Positions 44,865-56,102 of a stretch of DNA of 64,000 nucleotides are shown in pieces; within the stretch, counting starts at the first letter, position 1; each line of letters begins with the position of its first letter. The notes under the pieces were generated by a model, which saw only the letters and a list, made by a program, of their open reading frames with translations, was not told the DNA's origin and ran no database searches. The stretch lies in NCBI GenBank assembly GCA_963843795.1, contig CAWJLW010000006.1, positions 3,546,375 to 3,610,374 of the forward strand, read 5' to 3'. The translations under genes and the position numbers were made by a program. Origin of the DNA: an uncultured bacterium (lineage in GTDB: Bacteria > Armatimonadota > Abditibacteriia > Abditibacteriales > Abditibacteriaceae).

Positions 44865-45078
44865 ATTGCCATGACAATACTCAGGTCAAGTTGCAAGGGA
44901 GTTCATCTCGTGAATAAGTTACGCGTGACATGCCATTGACAGCTCGCAGATTTTCGATGTCGAAATGATTGTTAGACAAGGTTCTCACTCAGATCGCTAC
45001 GTGTTACCGCTTTGTTATCATCTCTCGTTCGACAATTTCTCTTCTATTGTGAATCCTTGCCCTGACCTGGGGGCTGAT

Positions 45079-45108
45079 TTGACATTATGTTGTCATCTAT
45101 CTTATAAT
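45079..45108 (+). promoter_or_regulatory. Consensus sigma70 promoter with overlapping inverted repeat
   Basis: TTGACA-N18-TATAAT; TGACA-N6-TGTCA at 45080-45095. Confidence 0.7.
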
Positions 45109-45241
45109 GCCGAACGTTGACGGATGTGAAAGGCACCGTCGACCGGCCGAATCAATCTTTAAAGAATTCGGCTGTGCTTTGGCATTGTCTTGGAAACGGA
45201 TGCTTCAGTCACTGTTCCAGACGTGCAAAGGAGACAGGTTT

Positions 45242-46781
45242 ATGAGACAGTTTGCTGCACCGCGAGGCGCGCAGTCGGAGGGTTCTTCGGGACGTTCTTG
45301 GCTGGGTCAGGCCTTGCATAACAAGATTATCGCTGTGGTTTTAGCGATGATCATCGCCGTGCCGCTTTTGGCCGCACCGGCGGATTACTCGCTGACGGGC
45401 CTTGCTGCCCTGACGCTGGAAGCCTTCGCTCTGGTTTTGATGGCGATGATGCTGTGGCGCTCGAAGTGGGATTTGCGCCCGCAACAATTGCGCACCTTCG
45501 CACAAACCAGCGCCAACGTGCCCCTGCTGCTTTTGGTGGGCTGGGTCGCGCTATCTGCTTTTCTGTCGCCGTATAAAATTTTCAGCATTCAATATTTGCT
45601 GCAAGTCGGCGCGGGCGCGATGCTTTACTTCGCGGTTACTTATCAGTTCCGCCAGTCCAAACATCTGTCGATGTTGGCCGATGTACTTTTGGGCTTGGCA
45701 TTGGTAGTTGCCGTTGGTGGCTTGATCGGATACCAAATGTACGATCAGGAGCGCGCGAGCGCGTTCTATGGCAACGCACAACCTCTGGGTTCCTTAGTCA
45801 TGCTTTTGCTGCCGATTCGTGGCTGCTCTGGCCATTGGCGACAAGAAAGCCAAGCGTCAAGTTATCGCGCAAATCGCTTTGGTCTTGATGGTCGGCTGTT
45901 TGTTGCTCACGCAGGTGCGTAGCGCCTGGATGGGTAGCATCGCCGGATTGGCGATGTTGGCTTTGTTGGCCTCGCGCGTTTCCGAGCGCATGGAAGAAAA
46001 ATCGTTGCGCCGTCAGCAGGCTGCCAACGGTTCGGCTTTGGCCTCGTGGAAAACGCGCAAAGCTCAGTTCGTGTTGCCGGGCATGTTGGCCGTGCTCGCC
46101 GTTGGCTTTGTCCTCGTCATGAACGCGCAAAACGGCAGTGTGGTGCAACGCGCTTCAACGGTTTCGCAGTTGGGCACCGATGTTTCGTGGCAAGCGCGTT
46201 TGGGCGATAGCTGGAAAGGCGCGTTGACGATGATCGAGCAGCGTCCGCTGACCGGTTGGGGCGCGGGTTTGTTTCCGTTCTATCAGCACCAGTTCACCAG
46301 TCAGGGAACGGCGATTGATCCCAGCGGCACGGGTGTTCGCATTTCGTTGGCCGAACAAGCGCACAACTTCTACCTGCAAACCGCTGCCGAATTGGGCTTG
46401 GTCGGTTTGGGCTTGATGTTGGCCGTGTTGGTTTGCTTCTGGGCTGCGGCATGGAAGCGCATTCCGACGATGGAAGCGGGCATTCGCCGCACCCTATTGA
46501 TGGCAGCGACTGCCGCTTCGGTTGGCTTTGCCTTCGACGCCGTGGGCAGCCCGTCATGGCAATATGCGCAGACTTCGATGTTTCTGTGGTTGATGTTGGG
46601 TATTGGCACCAGTTGCTTGCGTCCGCGCTTGCGCCATGAAGCCAGTCGAAGCCGCACAGCTGTTCAAGCCACACGTCGCGCGACTTGGGTCGCTCGTCCT
46701 GCAGCCGTCGGCCTGTTTTTGGTGCTGACGACATTGCTGCCGACAGCTTATAGCTCCGCTCAATCAGCGTCAGCTACGTGA
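45242..46781 (+). CDS. O-antigen ligase/polymerase family protein; frameshift near 45819, 3' end uncertain
   Basis: Multi-TM; TQVRSAW, RPLTGWGAGLF, AHNFYLQTAAELGLVG. Confidence 0.82.
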
Positions 46782-47017
46782 AGCAGCAGCAATAGCCGCA
46801 TCTTCAAAGTTGCTTTCGGTGTCGCTATCGTAGGTGCGCTGGGTTATGGTATTTTGGCCATCATCGATGGCACGAAAGATGACAAAAGAGACAAGGGTGA
46901 AATGACAATTCAGCCTGCACCTTCTCTTTAAGTGGGCAAGATTTAACAGATGGGCTGTCAGGGCGGAAGGAGGATAGATCTCAAAAGATCTATCCTCCTT
47001 TTGGTTTAGAGTTCGAT

Positions 47018-47071
47018 AGGGTATTGAACTTAAAGAGGGTATTGAACTTAAAGAGGGTATTGAACTTAAAG
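47018..47071. repeat. Tandem repeat, 3 x 18 bp (agggtattgaacttaaag)
   Basis: Three perfect adjacent units. Confidence 0.93.
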
Positions 47072-47369
47072 TCCTTTGCAAGGTAATTGTATACAGGGAT
47101 GAGAGCACAAAATGGAAAAGTTGCCAACTGTTTTCATACTTTCTTGGGGTTCAGTCGCTTTTGATTCTGAGACTGATTCCTCAGTACCTATGAGCGTGAC
47201 GCGCAAGACCTTTCGCTTTTGGCAATGAATGCTATACTTTCAAGCCCAAGGAAGATTGCTCCAGCGCTATCCTACGCTATCCTACTTAGTGGATTTTCGC
47301 TTTGTGCCCATCTCTGTGTAGATTGTCCAAGGGGCTTTAATTCAATTGCGATCAGTATTTTAAGTAACA

Positions 47370-48227
47370 ATGGAAGTTTCGTGGCCCGCTGAAAAACCGG
47401 AATTAGTGTTGCGTCCCAGTTCGGGCTGGCAAGCGATTGATTTGAGACAAATCTGGCATTATCGTGATTTGCTCATGACGCTTGCGATGCGCGATGTGAA
47501 ACTGCGCTATCGCCAGACGGCGCTGGGCGCAGTTTGGGTCGTGATTCAGCCGCTATTGGGCGCGGGGGTTTTGTCGTTTGTTTTTAATCGAGTAGCTAAC
47601 GTGCCAACGGGCACAACCCCCCCCTTCCTTTTCGCTTTTGTGGGTATGCTGGGCTTCACTGCATTTAGCAGCACTTTGGGTAAAGCAAGCGCTTCTCTTG
47701 TTGGCAATGCGCAACTAGTTTCCAAGGTGTTTTTCCCACGTTTAGTGCTGCCACTTTCCACCGTGCTTTCTACATTAGTCGATTTCAGTGTCTCCTTGGT
47801 GATGTTGTTTGTGCTGCTGTTGATTTATCACATTTCACCTACCGCACAGCTTTTGTTGATGCCATTATGGCTCGGCTTGATTTTGTTGTTGTCTTTGGGT
47901 TGCGGCTTGATTGCTGCTGCTTTAATGGTTAGCTACCGCGATGTGCAATATGTATTGCCTGTTGTGATAAATTTATTGACTTTCGGCAGCCCTATCGCTT
48001 ATGCAGCTTCGTTTGCTGCTTCAAAGCTACCTGCTCATCTACAACCGTTTTATTTCGTATTGAACCCTTTGGCGAGCCTGTTGGAAGCGTTTCGTTGGTC
48101 TTTGTTGGGTAGCAACGAAGTCCGGTGGGGATACGTAATTTACGCTGCCATTCTTGCGCTCCTACTTTTTGTAGCCGGAGCGTTTGCTTTTAAAAAGATG
48201 GAAAGGAAATTTGCTGATGTCATCTAA
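47370..48227 (+). CDS. wzm: Polysaccharide ABC exporter permease
   Basis: RDVKLRYRQTALG, KVFFPR, YRDV, LNPL, ERKFADVI. Confidence 0.92.
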   Translation: MEVSWPAEKPELVLRPSSGWQAIDLRQIWHYRDLLMTLAMRDVKLRYRQTALGAVWVVIQPLLGAGVLSFVFNRVANVPTGTTPPFLFAFVGMLGFTAFSSTLGKASASLVGNAQLVSKVFFPRLVLPLSTVLSTLVDFSVSLVMLFVLLLIYHISPTAQLLLMPLWLGLILLLSLGCGLIAAALMVSYRDVQYVLPVVINLLTFGSPIAYAASFAASKLPAHLQPFYFVLNPLASLLEAFRWSLLGSNEVRWGYVIYAAILALLLFVAGAFAFKKMERKFADVI

Positions 48228-49463
48228 TGACATTGCTGTGGCGGTGCGTAGCCTTTCCAAATCGTATACGATCTCGCATAACGAGGCCAAGCATAGCATA
48301 CTCTGGGTGAAGCCGTCGCCCATCGCTTGAAGCATCCGTTTCATCGTCTGGAAAAAGAAACTTTTTGGGCCTTGCAAAATGTTGAATTCGACATTAGGAA
48401 AGGGGATGTTGTCGGTATTATCGGCCGCAACGGTGCTGGCAAAAGTACTTTGCTCAAGGTGTTGAGCCAAATCACCGAGCCCACCACGGGCGAAGTGCGC
48501 CTGTATGGCCGCGTGGGAAGCTTGTTAGAAGTGGGCACCGGTTTTCATCCTGAACTGACAGGCCGTGAAAACATTTATTTGAACGGTGCGATTTTAGGAA
48601 TGCGACGCAGTGAAATCGAGCGCCAGTTCGATGCGATTGTCGATTTCGCTGAAGTCGAAAAATTTCTTGATACGCCGGTCAAACGATACAGCAGTGGAAT
48701 GTATGTGCGCTTGGCGTTCGCGGTAGCAGCGCATCTGAATCCCGAGATTCTCATTGTTGATGAAGTACTTGCTGTGGGCGATGCAGCGTTTCAAAAGAAG
48801 TGTTTGGGGAAGATGCAAGACGTGTCCGAGCAGGAGGGCAAGACGGTTCTATTCGTCAGTCATAATATCGAGGTCGTGCGTAAGTTATGCACGAAAGGCA
48901 TTTTATTAGACAAAGGGCGAACAGTAACCGTTGGCCGGTCAAAAGAAGCCATCGACAGCTACATTCAGAGCGGTTTGGGCGCGCAGTCGGTTTATGATAT
49001 CGAACCTCCCAAAGATGCTAATGCGCCTGCCTATGCTTACAAACTTACGGTTGAGGATAGCAACGGTAAGCCAATGGCAGAAATACCCGTAGGACAACCT
49101 TGGCAGGTATGTATTCATTTCCAAGTAGCGCGGAAAACGGATGATTTGGTAGTGGCTTTAGGGATGCTCACTCCGATGGACTCACCTTTACGCACGACGT
49201 GGAGTCCTCCTCAAAATTTGGAACCAGGACACTATCAAGCGATCTTTCGTGACGAAAAAATCCACATCGAGCCGGGCCGTTATCCCTTGAGTGTTGGGAT
49301 TGTCCATTGATGCATCGGTCATTATCAGTATGTTGAGAGATGCGGGAGCCTTACAGATAGCGGAAATATCCGACTTTTCAGACGATGAATAATTTGATCG
49401 GCTGGTCGAATTGTGGCATTATTCTCGAACCCTCTAGAAGTGCATCTCCAAAAAATTGGGTAG
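48217..49463 (+). CDS. wzt: Polysaccharide ABC exporter ATPase with C-terminal domain; indels near 48300 and after 49300
   Basis: GRNGAGKST, YSSGMYVRL, DEVLAVGD, VSHN. Confidence 0.9.
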
Positions 49464-49471
49464 CTAAAAGA

Positions 49472-50129
49472 ATGCTCAATGTGAAATATTGTTTAGGCAT
49501 AGCGCCTTATTTTCCGTGGTCCGTAATGTGCGTAATAAGCGAAAAGCAATGAGCGAATTGCGCGAATGGGTGAATCGAGGTCGCCCTCTACCCCCTCCCC
49601 ATGGCGTCAAGCAGTTGGTAAATCCGGATTATGCCAGACGCTTTGGCGTTCGCAACTTAATCGAAACCGGAACTTATTTAGGCGCGATGATCGATGCCAC
49701 CAAAGAATATTTTGCTCAACTAACCTCGATCGAACTTCATCCACCCTTTTATGAAGGAGCCAAACAAAGATTTGAGCAAGATGTCTCATATTACCTTATA
49801 TCAAGGTGACAGTGGTGTTCTTTTGCCTGAAATTATAAGCGAGGTTTCGGAGCCGGTTCTATTCTGGCTTGATGGACATTACAGCGGCGAAGGGACAGGA
49901 AAAGCGGTGTTGGAAACCCCTATTATAGAAGAGGTAAATGTTATTTTAGCATCACTGTTCTGGTCATGTTATCTTAATTGATGATGCCCGTTTATTTGTA
50001 GGAGAAAGTGGTTACCCCACTTTTGAAAGTCTCTGGTGAAACTGTACAGAAGTGCGGCCGGGATGGGTTGTGAAAGATCGCGATGATATTATCCGCATCC
50101 ATCGACAAACCGACTTGAGCGTATACTAA
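49472..50129 (+). CDS. Methyltransferase-like protein, several frameshifts
   Basis: IETGTYLG, SIEL, GDSG, FWLDGHYSG, IDDAR pieces across frames. Confidence 0.65.
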
Positions 50130-50167
50130 CGTTCATAATTGAAAGAGCATCATTGAAATGTACTGAT

Positions 50168-50928
50168 ATGAAATTTGCAAAGAACTGATCAAAAAATTCC
50201 GCTCATCGCTTCGATGCGTCAGCGTTTATCGATCAGACGCGAGTTTCTTGAATTTCAAAAGCTAATTGCGAAAAACAAAGCATAGTCGGTATCGTTTTCC
50301 TCTTGCATGGTCGAATCGACAGCTTTGTCTCGATGACAAAACCGGCTCGCATAGGTTCGATGCCCATTACATTTATCATCCTGCTTGGGCGGCTCGAATC
50401 TTGGCTAAAAACCAAGCCGCCGTGCCACGTTGATATTTCGTCTAAATTGCGATTTTGCCACTGTGGTGTCGGCGTTTTTGCCGGTCAGATTCTATGATTA
50501 TCGTCCGGCAACTTTGCACCTCGATAATCTCACTTCTCACCAAGCAGATCTAATGTCGTTGCCTTTCGAAAGCGAAAGCGTTGCTTCGATTTCTTGTATG
50601 CACGTTGTAGAGCATATCGGCTTAGGCCGTTATGGCGACCCGCTTGATCCTGACGGGGATTCAAAGCAATGTCCGAGCTAAATCGTGTTGTCGCTCGTGG
50701 AGGCTCATTCCTGTTTGTGGTTCCAGTAGGCAAGCCTAAATGATGTTCAATGCACATCGCATCTATACTTATGAGCAAGTGGTGAAATCTTTTGCAGATT
50801 TTACTTTGAAACAATTTGCATTGGTGCCCGATAATGGCCTAAAAGAAGGTTTGATCGTGGACGCGAGCGAGCAATTAGCCAATCAGCAAACTTACGGTTG
50901 TGGCTGTTTCTGGTTTGAAAAAGCGTAA
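50168..50928 (+). CDS. DUF268-like methyltransferase-fold protein, several frameshifts
   Basis: FDAHY.YHPAWAAR, HVDISS, SCMHVVEHIGLGRYGDPLDPDGD, FNAHRIY, YGCGCFWF. Confidence 0.75.
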
Positions 50929-51150
50929 TAGACTGATGAAAGAAGCCGAAAAAGTGTGGCATTCCAAGCGCAGTCGAGAAATTTTCTGCGTGAGTATCCC
51001 GAGATTGCCTCGCTGCGCTCGTGCCTTATTTCATTTGAAATGACCGGTCGAAACGACACGCCCACAAGATTTAGAAAAAAGTCTGGCCAGACCGTTGGGC
51101 TTTAAGCTGTGTCCTACTGGTAGAACGAATTAACGAACATTCAAATACTG

Positions 51151-51927
51151 ATGCTACGACATATCACCAATAAAATACGCAATCGGGTCAACCGTGAAAT
51201 ATGGAGTCGCACTCATCCGGACGCGCTCGGCACCCGCGTTGGCACTGGCAACGAAAGCACGCGTGTCGCTTGGTTAGAGCAAGCTTTAAAACAAGTGCCG
51301 TCAGGTGCACGCATTTTGGACGCCGGGGCAGGCGAGCAACAATTTAAAAAGTTTTGCTCTCATCTTCATTATGTTTCCCAAGATATCGCTCAATACGATG
51401 GCGAGGGCGATAATAAAGGATTGCAAACCGGCAATTGGGATTTTGGGAAGTTGGATATTGTCAGTGACATTACCCAGATACCAGAACCAGATGCTTCTTT
51501 TGATGCGCTGATGTGTACCGAGGTTTTGGAACATCTTCCCAACCCGGTTTTGGCGATACCAGAGTTTTCTCGTTTGCTCAAATCAGGTGGACAACTCATT
51601 CTCAGTGCGCCGTTTTGTAGCTTAACGCATTTTGCTCCCTACCATTTCTGCACCGGCTTCAATCGTTATTTTTACGAAACCCATCTGAGGGCAAACGGCT
51701 TTACGATTACGGAACTCACGCCAAATGGCAATTATTTTGAGTACCTTGCTCAGGAAGTTCGCCGTCTTCCCACCATGACCGAGAATTATGCGGGCCGAAA
51801 AGCCACCGCGCGCCAACTCTTGGCGATGCGTCGCACTTTGCGATTGCTGCAACAATGCTCTCAGAGTGATAACGGTTCTCAAGAACTGTTGTGCTATGGC
51901 ATTCACGTCCGCGCAGTTAAAAATTAG
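51151..51927 (+). CDS. Class I SAM-dependent methyltransferase
   Basis: LDAGAG, CTEVLEH, LKSGG, HFAPYHF. Confidence 0.9.
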   Translation: MLRHITNKIRNRVNREIWSRTHPDALGTRVGTGNESTRVAWLEQALKQVPSGARILDAGAGEQQFKKFCSHLHYVSQDIAQYDGEGDNKGLQTGNWDFGKLDIVSDITQIPEPDASFDALMCTEVLEHLPNPVLAIPEFSRLLKSGGQLILSAPFCSLTHFAPYHFCTGFNRYFYETHLRANGFTITELTPNGNYFEYLAQEVRRLPTMTENYAGRKATARQLLAMRRTLRLLQQCSQSDNGSQELLCYGIHVRAVKN

Positions 51928-52018
51928 CAAACCCCTTTGCAAGTATTTTCAAAAGTGTTCACCTAGAGGTTCACCTAAAGGTTCACCTAAGGGTTCACCT
52001 GTTGATTGCAGCTCTTTT

Positions 52019-52453
52019 ATGCTTATTTTGTATGTCGCAATGAAGCACAATTACGGTAAGCCAGAACAAGGCTACAGCTTCGAGCACCACAACTTTTTCG
52101 ATTCTCTGCGGCATATGGGGCATGATATCATTTATTTTGACTTCATGACGCTTCTGCAAAAGCATGGCAAAAACGCTATGAATCGTCGCTTGCGTGAAGT
52201 GGTGGATACTCACAGGCCAGATCTACTGTTCACGTTGCTCTTTGAAGACGAACTAGATCAAGATATTTTAAAAGACATTTCGCAAAATACGGACACGGTC
52301 ACGCTCAATTGGTTTTCCGATGACCACTGGCGCTTCGACAATTATTCTCAATATTGGGCTCCCTGCTTCAATTGGGTTGTCACGACGGCTCAGAGTGCGT
52401 TGCCCAAATATAAGGCGATTGGATTTGATAAGGTATTGAAAAGTCAGTGGGCC
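52019..52453 (+). pseudogene. CgeB-like glycosyltransferase, 3'-truncated at the composition break
   Basis: NWFSDDHWRF, ends at KSQWA, where unrelated high-GC sequence starts. Confidence 0.65.
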
Positions 52454-52557
52454 TACCGCCGCGGCGACTACGACATCGCGGTCAACCTCACCGGCGGCCC
52501 TGCCGAGCTCAAAGGCACCGAGGTGCTGCGCACCGAGTCCGCCGTGGTGGTGCGGCG

Positions 52558-53068
52558 ATGAGCGTCGGCGGCTCGAGTGGCTCGCCGCGGACGGACGCGT
52601 CGTACGACTTCAACAAGGCGCGGCGGCGGCAGGCGATCAGCCGGCTGCGGCACCTGATGCGGCGCAGCTCCGGCCAGGTGCTGCGCTACGAGGACGTGCT
52701 GGACGCCGCCGGCTACGTGGACGAGCGCGACCTCGGCCTGCAGGTCATCCAGCTCGACAGCGTCGTCGGCACCGTCGACCGGGCGCGCGACTTCGACCGC
52801 GCCTTCCGGCCGACGTCGGGGCGGAGCCGGGGCGCGCTGGAAGCGGATCGCCTCCGCGTACCGCTCCGGCCAGGAGCTGCCGCCGATCCGCGTCCGCCGG
52901 GTCGGGGACATGCACTTTGTGATCGACGGCCACCATCGCGTCAGCGCCGCTCGCGCGCTCGGCCTCGACACGCTCGACGCGCGCGTCACCGAGGTCCGCA
53001 AGCGCGTCGAGCCGGCCACCAGCGAGTTCGAGATCAACACCCACGAGCGGCTGTTCGCGGAGCGCGTG
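52558..53068 (+). CDS. ParB-like nuclease-fold protein of actinobacterial type; frameshifted and truncated
   Basis: SVVGTVDRARDFDRAFRP, LPPIRV, FVIDGHHRVS; near-exclusive G/C third positions. Confidence 0.75.
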
Positions 53069-53317
53069 CGCAACATCCCGGCGGCGCTCTATAAGGGGCT
53101 CGGGGGATTTGCCACGAACGGTGTCAACCTGAGGAAGCTTGAAAGCTACATGGTCGGCGTCGAATTTAAGGCGACTGAATTCTATGCTGAGGTAGACGGT
53201 CACCCTGAGGAGCCCGACGTAGCGCGTGCGTTGGAGGAGCTTCGGTTCTTCTCGGATCAAACCCGCATCCTCGGGGTCTATCCAGCGCACAGAGGCTGCT
53301 CCGCAGCGGGCGGGTAA
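53063..53317 (+). pseudogene. pheA: C-terminal ACT domain of an alphaproteobacterial-type prephenate dehydratase
   Basis: RVRNIPAALYKGLGGFATNGVN..KLESYM, GHPE, ALEELRFFS, LGVYPA. Confidence 0.85.
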
Positions 53318-53561
53318 CGTCTCTGCCAGCTGTCCCGGGCTCCTGCCAAATTCGAGACGGGCTATAGCGGCCGACCAGTTCGGTCAGAGCAAACGCAGAT
53401 ATGAGAGGCATGAAGCGGCGCGGTACTCCAATCCAGAACCCCAGAAGATAAAGCCTTGAACTAAGCCGATCGGCAGGAGACCGACCATCGCGATACGGCA
53501 GTGGTCCATCGGCGTTGCTGCAACGTCTCGATAACGGGCCGACACGCCTGAATCTCCTCGG

Positions 53562-54339
53562 TTACTTGGCGTAGGTGAACCCGGCTCGCTGCAGTTCGGG
53601 CAAGGTTCCGACCGCGCCCGGCGTCAGTATCGCGCCGGGAATGAGGTGGTTAGTTAGCTCCGCTGCGAGCGCTTCGTGGGACAATTTATCAGGGTTGCTG
53701 TCCGCCTTTATGAGAGCCGCGGCCTGCTCCCAAATTGCGTTGTGGCAGGACAGAAACACGACACCGCGCGCCTGCAATGCGGGAATCGTGTTGTTCTCGG
53801 GAGAGAACACGCCGGCCGGGTCTTGGAAGTTCTTCGGATCGACCTCGGCCGCCTTCTGCGGCACGATGAGCGAGTTCGTCTTGAACTTGCTCGCCAGCGA
53901 GCTTGGCCAACTGGTATTTGTCCCACGTCGTCTGATCGTAGAGCGCGAAGTGCGCGGAGCTATGTGTGGCAGAGACAGCTAAGAAGTCAGGGTGTTTGAA
54001 CGACCAGACCTGATTGTTGAGCGAGTTCCGCATCAGATTCAGCCAGGGTCCGCCGATTTCGGTATTGTCCCAGACCTGCTTCGACTGACCTTTGTAGGCG
54101 AGCACCTCCGAGAGTGCTTCGTGGTCCCAGAGGTCCGAATGATCGAGGATCATCGGCACAGTCTTGAAGTCGCGCCGGCGCGGCGCATTTGCGAGGCGCT
54201 CCGACAGCGCAAGAAGTTCTCGAGCGCCCTTTGGCTCATGCTCGTGCGAGCCCGCCGCTAGGGCGGCGGAACCGAGCGGGCCTGCGCCGGCGATAAGGCC
54301 AATACCCAGCGCGATGATACGGCGGCGTTCAACTTCCAA
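53562..54339 (-). CDS. Tat-exported DsrE-like protein; frameshift near 53890
   Basis: ERRRII signal after AAGGAG; GVVFLSCHNA and PGAVGTLPELQRAGFTY resemble the DsrE/F fold. Confidence 0.65.
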
Positions 54340-54375
54340 GGAATGGCTCCTTATGGCGTGGTCGTAGGAGACTTG

Positions 54376-55338
54376 TCAGCGCGGCACCGTGCCAGCCGGG
54401 GGCGAGTTCTGGCCGAGGACGACGCCCGCGACGGTTTTCCCGTAAAGATCGTCTTCCTCGTCGTGATGCGCCTTGCGGGTCTCCGCAACCGAACCGGCGA
54501 AGCGGGGATCCTGGGGACGTTCGCGGCTGTCGATGTACGCGGCGACCGCCCAAGAATCCTCGTCACTAAGGGTGTTGCCTTGACTCAGCGGCATGTTGGC
54601 CTTGATGAAACCGGCCGCGTTGGTGATGGAGCTCATACCGGCTCCCCAGTTGTACGAGCGAGGCCCCCACAGCGGGGGAAAGACGACGTGCCCGTCGGGT
54701 GTGGCTTGACCTTCGCCGCCCGCAGCATGGCAGAGCGCGCACTTGGCGGCATAGACCTGCTCGCCTCGAGCGATGTCCAGCCTCGCCGGTTTGGCGAGTT
54801 TCGGATACCCGCGGCCTGGCAGGGACACGCCAGTCGGTGCACCCTTAGCGAGAAAAAAGGCGTAGCTCTCCAGCGCAACGAGCACCTTGTCACCGAGCGG
54901 CGGCGCCTTGCCATTCATGCTGTATTGGAAGCAGCCCTGAAGCCGTTCGGCGAACGTGTTCACGTGTCCGTTCTTCGAACGGTAGGTTGGAAAGTTCACG
55001 ACGGCCGCCCAGAGCGGCGCGGCGTTCGGGAGGCGGCCCCGGTCAAGGTGGCAGTTTGAGCAGCGAAGGTCGTTGCCCACGAACTCGCCCGCGTGTGTGG
55101 CAGTGTCGTGGAAGATGCTCGCGCCAAGCTGCACCATCTCGCCGAACTTGCCGCCGGGCAACTCGCCGTTCAGTGGCGGCGAGAAAGTCTTGGGATTGGG
55201 CGAGGTCTGCTTCTGCGTCGAGGTCTCGACGCGCTGGATATCTTCCTGGTGAGGCAAACTGTAGCCGATGAGCCCGGCGAGCGCGAGAAACACGACGCCA
55301 GCTGCCCAAGTTTTCGCATCGAGGACGTTGTCGCTCAT
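54376..55338 (-). CDS. tsdA: Thiosulfate dehydrogenase, diheme cytochrome c
   Basis: CSNCH, RLQGCFQYSMNG (active-site Cys), CALCH, FPPLWGPRSYNWGAGM. Confidence 0.88.
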   Translation of the reverse strand: MSDNVLDAKTWAAGVVFLALAGLIGYSLPHQEDIQRVETSTQKQTSPNPKTFSPPLNGELPGGKFGEMVQLGASIFHDTATHAGEFVGNDLRCSNCHLDRGRLPNAAPLWAAVVNFPTYRSKNGHVNTFAERLQGCFQYSMNGKAPPLGDKVLVALESYAFFLAKGAPTGVSLPGRGYPKLAKPARLDIARGEQVYAAKCALCHAAGGEGQATPDGHVVFPPLWGPRSYNWGAGMSSITNAAGFIKANMPLSQGNTLSDEDSWAVAAYIDSRERPQDPRFAGSVAETRKAHHDEEDDLYGKTVAGVVLGQNSPPAGTVPR

Positions 55339-56027
55339 CGGGCGGGTCCCTTGTTGCCGGCCGGGATGGGAAGGCTCGCGTAATATGCGGAAACGGCTGC
55401 CACGTCCGCATCGGTCATTTTGGCGGCCAGGCCAGCCATCAATCCGAGTGGGTCGTTCGTCCTCGTCTTGCCTTTCCAAGCCGCGAACTGGGCGGCCAGG
55501 TACGCGGCGGGCTGCCCTGCGAGTGCTGGGAAGGCCGTGCCGACACCTTGGCCTGCGGGCCCGTGGCACTGCCCGCAGCCGGGGAGCCCTCGTGCCCAAT
55601 CACCCGTGTCGGCGAGAAGTTTGCCCCGCGCCAGCACCTTCGCGTCCGGAGCCTTTCCGTCCTCGAGCTTAGGTGCGATCGAGTCGGCATAGAACGCGGC
55701 CAGCGCCTTCCGGTCTTCCTCACTCAGTGCCTTCGCGATCGTCTGCATGATCTCGTTCGCGCGGCTGCCGTCGTCAAAACTCTGGAGCTCGTGAAGGATG
55801 TAGTCTGGCGCGAACCCGGACAGCCGGGGATAGCCGGCGGCGAGGTTCCCCTCGCCATGCTCTCCATGGCACGACATACAGGCGGGCGCCCCGTTGCCGT
55901 TCCCGTTATGGACGATGTCCTCCGCGTCTTTGGCAAACGCAAGCGCACCTGGGAGCGCCCAGAGGCAGAGGACAAAGCTCCACAGTCGTGCTGAAGAGCT
56001 TCGCCGCAGACGTCTCCTGCACATCAT
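55335..56027 (-). CDS. tsdB: Diheme cytochrome c4-like protein, TsdB
   Basis: CMSCH and CGQCH, PRLSG / PALAGQ; ATGA-coupled to tsdA. Confidence 0.82.
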   Translation of the reverse strand: MMCRRRLRRSSSARLWSFVLCLWALPGALAFAKDAEDIVHNGNGNGAPACMSCHGEHGEGNLAAGYPRLSGFAPDYILHELQSFDDGSRANEIMQTIAKALSEEDRKALAAFYADSIAPKLEDGKAPDAKVLARGKLLADTGDWARGLPGCGQCHGPAGQGVGTAFPALAGQPAAYLAAQFAAWKGKTRTNDPLGLMAGLAAKMTDADVAAVSAYYASLPIPAGNKGPAR

Positions 56028-56102
56028 GCGCTCTCCCCCAAGAGTTCGCACCTCACCTCATAACGCCGAACCGTGTGACGCACACGGGTTCTCTGAATAA
56101 GA

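Noticed and set aside
52910..53317. Novel ParB-ACT fusion protein
   Set aside because: Both halves are truncated and differ in codon style; better explained as a chimeric junction
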